Source: Octopus vulgaris
Lineage: Eukaryota
Assembly: GCA_951406725.2 (NCBI GenBank)
Contig: OX597822.1
Coordinates: 83,576,001 to 83,640,000, forward strand
Length of the DNA: 64,000 bases
Direction of reading: 5' to 3'
Every line of letters begins with the position of its first letter. Within the stretch, counting starts at the first letter, position 1. Below the pieces are notes generated by a model. It was given only the letters and a program-made list of their open reading frames with translations. It was not told the origin of the DNA and made no database searches. A program made the position numbers and the translations under genes. Shown one piece after another: positions 27,027-42,204 of the stretch.

Positions 27027-27643
27027 AATGTGAACACACAGATATACACACACATGTATGTATGCGCGTACATGTGCACACCACCTAACATACATACATT
27101 CGTACACATACATAAACTAATACACATACACTGGCAAACTCTGGCAAGGATTTAAGACACTGACATAAAGCCTCAGCTGAATAAATTAGATTTTTGCTTT
27201 TGTTGTTTAGCCCAAGGTTAGTCTTCTTTAAACTGACGATAAAAACTATTACGAATATCTTTTTTTTTCTTTTTCTTTTTGAGACATTACAACTATAACA
27301 AATTCAGTCGTAGTTCTCCAGACAATGGGTTACGAAATATATAATTTACTAATATTTCTAGCAGTTAGAACGATCACTTAAGGAGGAGCTGATTTATTCA
27401 GTCGTAATACAACGGAGTGTAATCTCAATAGCGAAAACAAAAATGTTCTGATGTTATCTTTATCGTCTGCTTTTTAACTTAACAGCCCTGCAACAGTTTT
27501 TGTTTTGTTCCTCGGGTTTCTTCTGTACTTTAATGTTACGCTTACATGTTTTACTTTTATTCTTTCTTTTTCTTCTTCCTCTTTATTTTTCCTTTGAATA
27601 ATTCTTGTATTTCCTCCTCCTCCTCATCATCATCATCAACATC

Positions 27644-27674
<31 letters not shown>

Positions 27675-28195
27675 TCACCATCCTCCTTCAACTACTGTTT
27701 AATAAACGCTAATATATACACAGACTTCTTTAAATATACCCCTTGCATATTCATGTATACCATCAATACACGTAGAAATGCCACACATTCTTTGAAAGCT
27801 ATGAGATCATTGAATGCTTTATTGCGGTGAGGAATCCACTGTTTTCAACAATGAGCATTTAGATGTACGATCATATGAATGACTATTCATAAAATAACAT
27901 ATGTTCGGATGACTCTTCTGCAGGAACATATTTCATATCATTACACCCAGAACCATGCTAACAACTTAGGATTCTGTGAATCGATTTTGATAAAACATTT
28001 CTTCCCAGTTGATTTGCCCACTATAGCAACACCATTGTTATGTATTCGTAATGTATGAACTGATTCAATCTGAGTAAGTTTGAAATCTCTGGATCTGACC
28101 ACATCGTTATTTGAAATCAGAATACAAAGAGCTGCAAAGTACCCACATTTTGTTTTATCCGGACACTTTTAGGATTCAATAAAGAAGCCGACATA

Positions 28196-28402
28196 AGGTA
28201 GCGAGCTGGCAGAAACTTTAGCCGAATACTTAGCAGAATTTTGTCTGTCTTTACGTTCTGAGTTCAAATTCCGTCGGGGTCAACTTTACCTTTCATCCCT
28301 TCGGGGTCGATAAATTAGGTACCAGTTCCGTTCTGGGGTCTATCTAATCGACTGGCCTCTTCCCCCAAAATTTCTGACCTTGTGCCTAGAGTACAAACGA
28401 AT
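28196..28402 (+). mobile_element. SINE family A with a flanking target-site-like duplication
   Basis: Family A body; aataaagaagccgacat occurs both before (28178-28194) and after (28400-28416). Confidence 0.9.
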
Positions 28403-29376
28403 AAAGAAGCCGACATTTAGAATCTTGTATATATAATTTTTAAAAAAATAAAAAGTACATGATTTCTTTTTCGAATTCTGCTCTTTGAAGCGATCGATTC
28501 TCGCGGTGGAGTAAAGTTAACAAAAATACTACTGAGGACAGTGTTTGGAGAGAACACCTTTGAAAATTACATTCTCTTTTATAAGTTTGTTATATTTTGT
28601 AGGCTAGGAATCGATATCTACTATTTTTCACTTTTCCTCAATAAACGAACGTTCACTAAAGAGCCTGAAATAATCTTGCTTTTATATATAAATGAGATTA
28701 TCTTAAATAATGGTTCACGAAATAATAACGTATCTTTCTCGAATGTTTCTCATTGGAATTGGTTTATTATGGAAAACGCTAAAGATTTCGGAATCTGATC
28801 TCTCTCATTTCTCATTCTGACGATACATTGGCATCAATTTGGCAGATTTGATCCGCTAAACTTAGCAACGTATCATGAACATGCAGCCGGCGTAGAATCA
28901 ATCTTCACTCACGATCTGTTACATAATCCTTACTGGAAATATATATTTCATAAACAACAAAAAGAAAGAGGAAAATCTTATGCCACGCTTTTGAATTTTA
29001 ATTGATGAGGTCGCATATCACATCGAATCATTAATTGAAGAACTCGAAAGAAAATACTTCTGTCAAAGACTTCCATTGCTTTCCAAAGAAAAGATAGTTT
29101 TTCTATTAAAATATTACATCCGTAGAGTTTAACTGAATAACAGAATATCACGCATACACAGACAAGCCCAATCTATCTCTCACTATCTTTCTCTCTCTCA
29201 CTTTCATTCTCCCTCTCTCTGCCACACACCCACACACATATATATGCGTCTGTGTGTGCGTGGGAGTGTCAATCTGTATATATATATATATGCATTATGT
29301 ATGTATGTATGTATTTATGTATTTATATATCTATGTATGTATGTATGTACATATATTTATGTATGTATGTATGTGT

Positions 29377-30034
29377 GTATATTAAATATATGATTTAACT
29401 TCTAAAAAAGAAAGTTCAACAAATCCAATCATATTGTTCGTAAATGGAGGAGATCACATGTTAATATGGATTTTAATTACCTTTATTCAATTAGCTATAC
29501 GATCGTTTCATACAGAAAGAGAATGAATTCATGTTAAGAATTTGAGTTATCAAAAATGTAGTCATCAGTAGCAGAAATAAGAAAAAAGGCTAAAAGGACG
29601 TTAGGATTACTTAGGTACGGTGTTCTTACTCATTTTTGTAATGTGTAATTGTTCTTAGAGACATGTCTATTTCAAACATGACAGATTAGTATAAATGAGC
29701 TCATTGAAATCTCCCATAAATGAAGTAAAATCCAGGTAGGGCTGTATTTTAGGGAAAAAGATTCCCCACATAAGGAAGTACGGAAGTTTTGAATACTAGG
29801 GACTAAAATTTGTTTTAACCGTCAATAATCAATACACCTTAGTAAATTTTTTTTAATGTTTAACAGCAATCATAAAGGGAATTTATTGTCTTTCTCTTTC
29901 AAACGATCGTATAGCTAATTGAATAAAAATAATTAAAATCCATATTAACATGTAATCTCCTCTATTTACGAAAAAATATGAATGGATTTGTTGAACTTTG
30001 TTATGTTATAAGTTAAATCGTATACGTAATATAC
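29377..30034. mobile_element. Fold-back/MITE-like element with about 155-bp inverted arms (29377-29530 and 29879-30034)
   Basis: The arms share a core (tcgtaaat.gaggagat.acatgttaatatggattttaatta..tttattcaattagctatacgatcgttt) in opposite orientation; TA-rich flanks. Confidence 0.8.
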
Positions 30035-30177
30035 ATATATATAACTTTCCATATCTACTCTAATTGCCACCAGTCAATTCAAAGTAAAGTCTGAAGAAAC
30101 CACGTTAGAAATCTTGGAAACTACTCCAATTAAAGTACGAATTCACATTCAACCTTTTTATAAAATAAACACACACG

Positions 30178-30633
<456 letters not shown>

Positions 30634-30637
30634 AATT

Positions 30638-30770
30638 AAAATGGAGAAATATTGATCAACAACGATTGCCTAACATCAATTATTACTTTTTAATACAAAT
30701 AGATTCTATCCCATCTAAAAAGTAATAATTGATGTTACTCATTTGTTGTTGATTAGTATTTCTCCATTTT
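30638..30770. repeat. (TA)n-adjacent inverted repeat with about 53-bp arms
   Basis: aaaatggagaaat..taacatcaattattactttt / aaaagtaataattgatgtta..atttctccatttt. Confidence 0.85.
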
Positions 30771-31129
30771 CTGTTTACTTTGAATTTGATTCCTGATAAA
30801 CCCATGTCTGTCATTGTCATTGCCTGTATCCTATGAGCATAATGTGCGTGCTTATGTATGCCCTGGGTTAATATTAGTAAGTATACCGCTAGTAAAATGA
30901 ATATTTTTATCCCTTAGACGTTTATTCCATCCTCTAACTCTACTAAACTTATATATATATATATATATAAGCACATATAGAGAGATACATATATGCGCAC
31001 GCACACGCACACACACACACACACACGCGCACACACACACACACACGCACATATATATATATATCAATGTTTGCACGTGTGTACCCGCACCTATGCTTTC
31101 CTCTGTAAGTACAATAAATTTTAAATAAT

Positions 31130-31335
31130 AATCGTTTTAAATATTTGTTAGAAGGCCAGCAAGTTCGTGAGAGGTGGCAAGTTGGTTACATTAACCCCAC
31201 CACTCAACTGGTACTTATTTTATCGACCTAGAACGGATAAAATGCAAAGTCAGCCTCAGCGTAATTTGAACTTAGAATGAAATGCCGCTGAACATTCTGA
31301 CCGGCGTGGTAGCGACTCTGCCACCTTGCCACCTT
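31130..31335 (-). mobile_element. SINE family A, diverged
   Basis: ctggtacttattttatcgacc..aaagtcagcctcagc..atttgaact..ctgccaccttgccacctt. Confidence 0.8.
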
Positions 31336-31941
31336 ATTGTAAATAATTATTAACACATTTCATTGTCTCAGCTAACATCTACCTTTCTATCGGTTAACAT
31401 ATATATACTATTGCATTATTGAGAGACATATTTAGGTATTCCACTGCTTTTTCTTTTGTTACCTGTTTTCTGTAGGTTGCTTGGAATTTGAAAGGCCATT
31501 CAATATTCAAATATTTGATAGAAAAGACATACATTTCAAAGTTTGGAGAATAAAAAAATACGACAAAGTATAATAGCGTGCACTAAATAATTTTACAGAA
31601 ATAACTGTTCACGTCATATTAGATAAATACAAATACATGAATTTGACATCGCTGAAATAATTCAGATTGACAACGAGAAAAAATGGCGTTGGAATTTTGG
31701 TTGATTTCATTTCTCAGGGGCAAGAAATAATTCAATTTGAATGTCCTGTGTGCAAACACTTCCATCATGTCATGGTTATACCGTTGCCAGAGTCGGAGAA
31801 AGGGTGGAAGTGTTTAATATCAGTTCGTTTCTCATATGGTCTGTGTACTATTTTCTCTAGGACGATAAAGTTAGTACTAAGGTTATACTAGATGAGGTTG
31901 GAGGTTCTAGACGATTCTACCACAAATCCTAAAAAAAAGTG

Positions 31942-31999
<58 letters not shown>

Positions 32000-32249
32000 A
32001 AATGGTAGAAATTAATATTATTAAATAATACCAATTTGTTTGTTTCTTTTCATTTGTCTACCTCGTAAACATCTAGCGTGTTGCTAATTTGAGAACACAT
32101 TTTACGTGGTAGGATAGTTTGACGTCTATTTTTAGCATACACAAAATCTGCTTAGTGGTCTTTCCTCTTATCTATATTTAAATATATGTATATGTGTGTG
32201 TGTGTGTGTGTGTGTGCATGTGTGTATGTATGTATGTATACAATCTACA

Positions 32250-32745
32250 TCCGGTCGGTTATGTTTCAGTCATGTAACGACACACGTCTTTTCTCGGACT
32301 ATCCTTTTCCTTTCTCTGGACGTTTCCATGTTTCCGAAGAAAAAACCATACTCGAAACGTCCCTCCTTTTTTCTATGCAAACCTTTCTCTGAGCCTCCAT
32401 CTTATACGTTCTCTCTGTAAGCACTTTTGACATTTGTTGTTTTTCTCTTTTGTGTATCTGTGTATATCATATGAAAGAATTTACACACAAAAAAGACGAA
32501 GATGGGTGTGTAAGCAAAAACCAAATGTATTAGTTTAACACTCAGGAAGTGAGAAATTCTTTTACAGGAGAGCTAGGAAGCAGGGGAGATAATAAAGTAA
32601 TGGTGTAGATTTGTGGATGATGGTGCAGGTACTGGCAAGTGGTCAGTGCTAGTGTGTGCGCTGGTGTGGATGCTGGGAAATGCTCAGTGCTGGTGTGTAC
32701 GGGGTGGTGTGGTGTGGTGCGGTGTGGTGGTATGTGTTGTGGTGA
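32250..32745. mobile_element. Two converging degenerate PLE termini: P2-like on + (32250-32460) and P1-like on - (32475-32745)
   Basis: gtttCCGAAGA...ctcGAAAcgt at about 32330-32360; acaaaaaagacgaagatgggtgtgtaagca..tgtattagtttaacactcaggaagtgagaaa matches the reverse complement of the P1 tail. Confidence 0.6.
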
Positions 32746-32849
32746 TATATCATCTCAAATGCAGTTATAACTCAGATGCATAGAAAAAAGTAAAGAGCAA
32801 CAACTGTGCGGTGCAATTTCAGAACAGTTTCAAGACATCATTAGAATAA

Positions 32850-33300
32850 TGAATGAGGAAAGATAAAATATATTCCACGGTGTTATATCTCCAAATAACA
32901 CTGGAAAATCCATATTAGCATGGCAACTAAAGAAAACAGATAGTCCAGGTCTTTGAGTTTGTTGTACACGTATTCTTGAATAGGAAAATGCATATTCACC
33001 AGTTTACAACATTTGACCAAGGTAGTTATTTCCTTGAAATTCAGGCGCAAGAAACCGTGACCAAATGACTTCTACTATAAAAGCAGCAAGCATTAATTGA
33101 CAATAAATATAGGCTGTGTAAAACTAAAACTGAAGACATTAACGAGTGACAAATGACAGAATATTTTCTAGATATTGCCATTTTGTAAACCATATTATGG
33201 TGGCCAGAATAATCTGGAATACAGCAACAAAGGGAATAAAAGCTAATAAAGAAGAACATACTGAGATCGATGCATCGATCGACAGAATCTAAGAATAAAA
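32850..33300 (+). pseudogene. Highly decayed RLE-LINE (R4/Dong-like) zinc-knuckle region
   Basis: Fragments HGQL-like, IQAQETVTK, DNKYRLCKTKTEDI and HIMVARIIW occur in the order expected for HGQ..AQ.Q..T..CRLC..ET..H...RHN.VA. Confidence 0.5.
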
Positions 33301-33918
33301 TCTGCAGCCAGATTACAACAGAGCCAAAGTAATATCGTTGCCTGAAGCAGCAAAATGTTAAAAAGAAATGCTGTTATAGAAGGCAGTTGCTCTGTTTGAT
33401 ATCACAAGAAACAGATAAGAAAACTTAAATCGCTTGTATAGCATTGATGAGCAGCTTAAAAATACTGAACAGAAATTACGTTTTCAGCCTGACATTTATC
33501 ATAATTGGAACAGCAAATTATATGGAAAACTGGACATGAATTCTGGAAGAGAGAGGATAGATCCATACTTGACATGCTAGAGGGACATTAAAATTGAAAG
33601 GATGACTGATTGAGCCACGGATTATCAGGAGGATAAAATACTTCTCTTTACACGCACACACACGCACATACACACACAAATACCCGCGCACATATACACC
33701 GGCTAAGAAAAAAATATCTTTAAAATGTGGTGTTGAAATTCAATCTTTAAGTAGAAACTGAATAACTGCATGACTCTGTACAACTATGTTCGGTGTTGTT
33801 TATGTTGGTGTTGTATTCATTTCAATCAGGAGGTCATGTTTCCTTTTTGGAAAAAAGGCAAAATATAAATTAGAACGAAGTCTTTTATATATACATACAC
33901 ACATACACACATACATAG

Positions 33919-34035
<117 letters not shown>

Positions 34036-34052
34036 TATATATATACATATAT

Positions 34053-34099
<47 letters not shown>

Positions 34100-34100
34100 G

Positions 34101-34131
<31 letters not shown>

Positions 34132-34202
34132 ATTTAAGCATGGAAGCAGAGTAAGCAAGTGAAGGAAAAGTTCAGCGTTTATCTTAATGGAATTTATGAA
34201 CA

Positions 34203-34259
<57 letters not shown>

Positions 34260-35133
34260 TTTCAACTAGCAATAACCACGCCTCATGACAATAACAAGAA
34301 CATTCTTTTCATAGAAAGAATAACAAACGAGCTTGACAGGCGACAGAATAGAATGAGAATATGGCTGACATGACTTGCGAAAGAAGAAATGAAGAACATG
34401 AAGAAAGAGGAAGTTAAAGGAGAATGAGAAAACCTATAATTCTAAATAGCACCGTGAATTGAAGGTCATCTAAATAAATCAGCATCCTTTTATTGTTGCT
34501 AATTTCGGACAGCATGCGTTTAACATGAAATAAATGAGAAAACAGTCGACAGCTCCGGAGAGAAGTTATGACAATGATCACTCTGAGTCGGAAGAACCTT
34601 GAAATGTAAGGACCTAAATATAGAAAGATTGTTGTGTTTTTCTTTATCCACTACATTAGGAATAATGCAATGACAGGTTCAGTTGATGAGAAACTATAGT
34701 TTATATCTTCATTGTTTTACGATCAAATTCCCTTGTGAGTGCTTTGAAACTAAGCCATGCAGATACAGTTATTCATGTTACCAAAGTTCACTAAATTATT
34801 CCCTTGTTAATGTCTTGGCCTTGTTTTACTATGAGAAATCCTTATTGTAGTCTGCGTTATAACTGAAATTGCAGAAACATGCGGTACAGTGCCAGTCTAA
34901 AAATGTTACTACATTTCTCTAGTCTAATATAAAATATACCAATCGTTTGCAAAGAATTCAGTTGAGAGTAAATAACTTTTTTAGAAAATATGTGAACCTG
35001 TGTGAATGAAGTTGCTCTTTATTTAAAGAAAAAATAATGTTCGAAACAAAGAAACAATGGCTGAGAATCTCTAACGAAACTTGTCAGTGGTGTTTACGAC
35101 CTGTGTGGATAAGCGTGCAAATATTAACGGTTA

Positions 35134-35433
35134 CAGTGGCAGAGTGGCCAGGTTGCCACTTTGCCAGATTGCCTGATGGCAACTAGGCCCCATCTGCCAT
35201 TAGAATCCATATATGGGGTCCCATGTTAGTATCTAAGGGGCCCACCCCATCGAGTTTGAGAATTATTTATTCACTCCTGGAAGAATGCATTAATTATTTC
35301 AGCCTGGCTGTGTTTGTAGACAGTTGAAAATAATACTTTTAATAAAAACAAAAATTAAACGATAGGATTGTAGTTGCGGGTGGGAACCCTTGGCCTCCTG
35401 GCAACCAATATTTTGAGACCCAGTTCGCCACTG
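35134..35433. mobile_element. Possible hAT-type MITE
   Basis: Ends cagtggcagagtgg / ccagttcgccactg with GC-rich subterminal ggcccc/gggcc motifs; no clean 8-bp TSD. Confidence 0.4.
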
Positions 35434-35829
35434 ACTAAGAGTCTTACTGGCCAAATCTTTCGAACAATACAATATATATTTCTGTCTTTTAGTTGTAGAG
35501 CAGTTGCCGTAGAATGTGTCTCAAGCAATGTGTCCAACAACTTTCTTTGAACATCAAGAACATTCCAACACTTACAACGCCTCTTGGCCCCTTTTAACGT
35601 CCCTGCACATCCTAGGTGTATGGAAAAGCCTTTGGATGCGGTATTTGTACGTACAGATTGTTGGAGAACAAGGCACGTTTGTTTTTGTTTCTGCAGCCTT
35701 CAGCTGAGAATTTAAAGGGAAAATCACTCCAGTATCTGCAACTTGTTGATCATTAAATATTTTTGTTGATATTGTCAGATACTAGGAAGATGATGTGTGT
35801 TCCTTCAAGCAAAATAGATAAGTATAAAA

Positions 35830-35980
35830 TATTCTTTTCTACTCTAGGCACAAGGCCCGAAATTTTGGGGGAAGGGCCAGTCAATTAGATCAACCCCAGT
35901 ACGCAACCGGTACTTAATTTATCGACCTCGAAAGGACGAAAGGCAAAGTTGACATCGGCGGAATTTGAACTCAGAACTTA
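35830..35980 (-). mobile_element. SINE family A, 3' part
   Basis: tactctaggcacaaggcccgaaattttggggga..aaggcaaagttgac..atttgaactcagaac. Confidence 0.9.
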
Positions 35981-36374
35981 AAGAATAAATATAAAATATG
36001 GATATATGAAAATACTGATTGCTTCTTGCTCGAGATAGTTTGTGCATTGGACAGCGAGTGGCCCTGACAGGCTTGAACCCGCCATAAACAAAACCCCATG
36101 ATGTTGAATCCAGAACAGAAATAGATGTTGTCTACAATGTCTTTTGAATGCCTGATGAATGTGTTCAGTGAATCGATATTCAATGTAAAAGCTTATGTAT
36201 TGTATTTTGGTTTGTGCGTATGTTTGTACACGCGTGGAATTGCATGGGGTGTGGATGTTTTCAAGTTTAGTGAAGATGGTTGCGCTATTTTCAATATTAT
36301 TTTCGTGTTTGAGTTCAAATCTTAATCGTGCACAAAATTATGTACGCATTGCATCTTTTATTATTGTACTTCAT

Positions 36375-36760
36375 TCAGTTATAGAACTGCAGTCATGCAG
36401 AGCACCACTTTGAAGGGCTTAGTCGAACCAGACGACCTCAGTATTTAGTGATTTTAGAGTCTGTTACTTATTCTATCGGTTTAGCGAACCGCTAGATACG
36501 ACAATGTAAACAAACCAACAACGGTTGGTAAATGGCATTAGCGAGGGGGACAAACACAAAAGCAAAGTCATACATACATCCAAATATTTATCAATATACA
36601 TATACGATGGACTTCCACACAGTTTCCGCCGGGTAAATTCTCACACTGCATTGTTCGTTCCTCGGCTAGAGTAGAAACACTTACCCCAGGTGCCAGGTAG
36701 TAAGACTGGACACGAAACCTGATTCCAACGCAAGCTTCTTAACCACACAGCCATGCCTGC
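36375..36760 (-). mobile_element. SINE family B, full length and diverged
   Basis: Reverse-complement tail (ctgcagtcatgcagagcacca) through head (aagcttcttaaccacacagccatgcctgc). Confidence 0.85.
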
Positions 36761-37499
36761 TCTTATTTTATTAGTTCGATTGTTTTATTTTATTTTCGTG
36801 GATGGTTGATCAAAGAGGAAAACATGTGGCAGTATTAAGTCATTTCTCGAATCCTTTTGAGCACAACTTGGTCTTTTATGGGTCCTGGGTGACTGAGGTT
36901 GATGTAATCAATTGAAAGGTTTTCATCAAATATGATTGACTATCGAGATTTTGTTTCTAGATTAATATTGATTTGTAATGCGCGATTCTATAACTATTTA
37001 AACAGCAATACTTACCAGACTAGAAATCCTTGAGCCTACATAGAAACAAATCCATTTAAAATCCATAACTTATCGGATTAGGCAATTTAAAGACACCGTT
37101 TAGATGAGGATAATCTCTAGTGTCAAAAATTACTTAACAAAGACTTTAAAAGGATAATTTTTAGGAACATGCAATTTTCTCATTTCTACAACTAGAAGAG
37201 ATTACTGGAATTATCATCAGAAGTTTGGAAAAGGGTGTTTGTGGGAAATTACAGACACCAGAATTTCTAAGTAACAGCGTTGTTCGTATAAAAGAAAACT
37301 TTTGCTGTTAAAAAATTTGAAATCTTTAATAATTTCGTTCACAATGAAGAATCCCACAAGAAAATAAGGTCTAAATTGAAATTTAGTTCAATGTTTATAC
37401 ATACACACACGCACGTGCACAGACATGTATGTATGTATGTATATATGTATGTATGTATGTATGCATGTATGTGTGCATGTATGTACGTACGTATGCATG

Positions 37500-37530
<31 letters not shown>

Positions 37531-37566
37531 ATCAATGTGTGTTTGTGTAAATGCATATACGTATAG

Positions 37567-37598
<32 letters not shown>

Positions 37599-38222
37599 CA
37601 TGTAAATATATATAAATTTATATATGCATGTTAATAAAGGCAGTAAGTTATATATGTATATATACATGTGTGTGTGTGTGTGCGTATGTGTGTGCGTGTC
37701 TGTGTGCGTGTGTGTGTGTGTGCATGTATATACGAGTAGTATCTATATGTTTGCATATATTCATATATTTGCATATATATATATACACACAACAGACAAA
37801 CGCACGTATATATCATATCCATGATGATGACCAGTTTAATTTTGAACTCAACCACTTTCTCATTCACTGTAGCCCTTTCCAGATCATTTCTGGAATTCTA
37901 TCATGGTTATTCAGACACTAAGATATTTCACTGCAGAATAGAATTTCAGTTGAAGCCTCCATACATGTGAGTCTATGAGAAAAACAAATCATCCAAACTA
38001 AGTAGTTGGACTAACATTGCAAAACTTCTGTGAATCTCTATTTCTGTTTTCTAAAGATATTGGCAATAAGAAATGCTTGGTGCATTTCTTCTACATATGT
38101 CTCATTCTAAAGTTCATATCTGTTGTGACTCTTCAAGATCTAAACCCATATTATAACTCGGGAAAATGAAGTGGTCATATGTATGCTTGCAGCCAACTCA
38201 ACAGAAGTCTGATTGATAAATA

Positions 38223-38445
38223 AAGCGGCGAAATAGCAGTGCCGTTAGCGTGCCGAGCAAAATATTTAGCCGCGTTTCATCCGTCGCTACATTCTGAGTT
38301 CAAATGCCGCCGAGGTCGACTTTGACTTTTTACTAATACAGAGTCGATAACATAAGTACCAGTTGAACACTGGAGTCGATGTAATCGTCAAATTACCTAA
38401 TTCCACGAACTTGCTCGGCTTGTTCCAAAGATTTGACATCAAAAT
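38223..38445 (+). mobile_element. SINE family A, diverged
   Basis: ttctgagttcaaatgccgccgaggtcgactttg..gtcgataa.ataagtaccagttg. Confidence 0.85.
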
Positions 38446-40092
38446 CTTACTAAGAGTAGCAAAGTAACGACTACAAGGACGGTAACAGCAGGTCTATCCT
38501 TGCTGCAGTGAAATTGGTCTAATATTTATCCGCTGCTGCTGAACAGATGAAATTTTCCGTACAAATAGTGACAAAATTGACAAAGCGAGTGATAATAAGC
38601 TCATCCAGGACATCTCAATCAGGACTTGACCTCAACTGCTCAAACATATACTTGATAACCAGTGCTGGTGTGTTTACGCCTCTGTCCCGTAACAACTACC
38701 GTGGATGTAGATGGGAGAAAGAACTGTAAAATGCACGTACGCATATAAATACATATACGTATATGAGTACATACATATATGTACTTATATATATATATAT
38801 ATATACTCCCACACACACACACGCACACATATATATATATAAACACACACACACACGCATACATACAAACATACATACATACATACTTACATACGTACAT
38901 TATGGACGTTTAATTGCTTGCCAAACAACCTCGCAGATAATTTGTTTATAGTCTTCGTCTTTTTTTTTCGTAAACTCTATCTATGTATATATATAAATAT
39001 ATATATATATGCATGCGCACAAGTGCAACAACAACAACACACACGCGCGCACAGGCATACAGGCACAAGCTTAGACAGTTGTTCCTTAATGTACTCTGTT
39101 GAATGGTTTCGTGAATCTTCGATGAATTTGAAATCATGGAATCAAGGAATGTACGTTGTTTAATGACATTATCATTAAAATGTTATTTTTGAAATGGAAA
39201 TGAAATACAAACACACACACACTCACACACATATATATTATACATACACGCATGTGTGTGTACGTGTCTGTGTGTATTTCTGTTGACCTTAGTCCACGTA
39301 TGCTTTTACACTGGTACTAAAACCGGTGTTAAGTTGCGATGCCATATTCACTAAGTTGCACTTTGAGAACATTCTCCTAATGCATTTATCATACAATAAT
39401 ACTAATGTCTCTTGATCGCCAGATGATTTGAGTCCAGTAACCATAATTATCGCTTCTTTGAATTAAATATTTCTTTGAACTGTCTACTAGAATGGACATC
39501 ATTTGTCAGTATTAAAGTACTTGAAACCTACTTAATCTTTTCTCTAACTGTATGTCACTTTCTAGCGCAGTTTTATCGTTTTATCGTTTGTCATGTCATT
39601 TGATGTCTAGACCTTTGATTTTTATATATTTCAAGTCATCCAATTCTACCCAGTAAGTTATAGTGTGATCGATGAGACGCCTGGCTTCTATTGTTAATTT
39701 GATTAAAAAGTCTTACTACTTTTCGCCACATAATCTTCTATCCAAAATGGCATGTCTGTTGTGTGACTTAAATATCCTACGATTTTGCTGGCTCTGATTT
39801 GTTACTTCGTTTAATTCTCCTTGCTTTTTCGTTTATATTAAACTAGATCTTAATTTCGTCGAGTTTTGCCATTTCGATACTGATTTAAAATTTGTATTTC
39901 CATTTCTAGAGGAATCAAATTGCTACTCAATTTACTGTTTGACATTTCGATTGTAAATATCGAAGAAAGACTAAAATAGCTCTTTGCAATTCATACTTAA
40001 TGCAGACACATTACAAAATGACCAACGACAAGGGTAAAAATGCTACATGCACTACGGACAAATACTGAGGTTAATTTGTCTGTTTGTAATGT

Positions 40093-40402
40093 GTTGTTGT
40101 TGTTGTTGTTTGTTCCGTCTCGAGTCAGCCTGCCTGATAAGGGCCGGTTTCCCAGTTTCATTGGCGTATAGGTTTCCCACCTGGACGGGACGCCGGTTCG
40201 TCGCAGGTGAGCTGCCAGATGCAGGAGGAAAGAGTGAGAGAAAGTTGTGGTGATAGAGTCAGCAGACGTTCGCCATTCTGCCGGAGTTGAGTAGAGCTTA
40301 GGCGTTTCGCACGTAAACACACACATCACCCAGTATGAGATTCGAACCCACCCTCCCTCGACCGCGAGTCCGAAGCTCTAACCACTAGGCCATATGTCTC
40401 CC
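40093..40402 (-). mobile_element. tRNA-derived SINE with a V-domain-like segment and an (AAC)n tail (family D)
   Basis: The minus strand has a tggcctagtggttagagc A box, a gggttcgaatct B box, cctgcgacgaaccggcgtcccgtccagg (V-SINE-like) and an aacaacaac tail. Confidence 0.8.
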
Positions 40403-40837
40403 CCTGTTTGTCATGTATTTGCATTAAAGAAGATACACAGCTATTTAAATCAAATACTGCTCGTGATACATACAACGACAGTTATTCATTTATTGCAACA
40501 CCATTGATTTCTCAATCTCTGTTTTACTATACAAACAGTGGTGAATTTTTTCTTAGCATGAGGTTGATAGTGGGTCCATGCTACCGACAATATGTAATTA
40601 TATATACTATAATAGTTATTGTGATGAAACATCTGTTGAGCACAATTAATCATGATCGCTTGGTGAAATTTATGCTTTCCTGCATTTATTCGAAATATGT
40701 CTATTTTAAAGATTGTTTTAGACGATTATGCACATCCATACAGATTGGTCCCTTTTCGTATTCGACTCCTTTCCTTTTCCACCTTATCTTACATGCATGT
40801 GCTGACTTGTTTGTATGTGTGTGTGTGAGTGTGTGTG

Positions 40838-40906
<69 letters not shown>

Positions 40907-40916
40907 CTCTCTCTCA

Positions 40917-41015
<99 letters not shown>

Positions 41016-41077
41016 CACCAAGTAGTATTTCGGTGAAATTTATTGATTTTATTAAATTAATTATATTTCACCCTTTA

Positions 41078-41671
<594 letters not shown>

Positions 41672-41861
41672 CGCAAAGTAATTCAGGGAATGAGCTATGC
41701 AAAAGCATTTGGAACTCTTGCCGTTGCTGATGTCAATGTAGTACAGGGTTAACAGCAGAGTTGTGGGTTTTTCTTTTTTTACACTAGAAATATTTATATG
41801 CACTTGTAAACACGTCTGGCTATCTATAGAATCCTTATGTTCTAGAATAATTAGTAAGAAT

Positions 41862-42040
41862 TATTCTTTCTCCTACAAGCACAAAATCTGAAATTTGTGG
41901 GGAGGGGCCTAGTCGATTACATGGTCCTATTACTCAGCTGATACTTATGGTATCAAGCCTTAAAAGAAGAAAGGCAAAGTTGAGCCCAGCAGCATTGGAA
42001 CTGAGAACGTAATAACGGGCGAAATGTTGCGAAGCATATC
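41862..42040 (-). mobile_element. SINE family A, diverged
   Basis: agtcgattaca..tgatacttat..aaaggcaaagttgag..gaactgagaacgta. Confidence 0.75.
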
Positions 42041-42204
42041 ATAAGAAAAAATCATTACAAAGCAACATGCTCGCATAAAAGATACGACACGTCTTAGAAT
42101 TTATGTTGAAAGCAAAACAATTACCAACAATAATAAAGTATATTATGCTAAGACCGGAGCCATTGAAATCGTTCAGTTATTCGTGTTTTATTTTTTTGTC
42201 CACA

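Noticed and set aside
32690-32745. G-quadruplex or telomere-like (GGTGT)n tract
   Set aside because: Short, mostly GG runs, not TTAGGG; lies within a decayed PLE region
40408-41025. 205-aa ORF, the longest in the track
   Set aside because: TTG start, last third is (CTAT)n/(TA)n, and no recognisable domain
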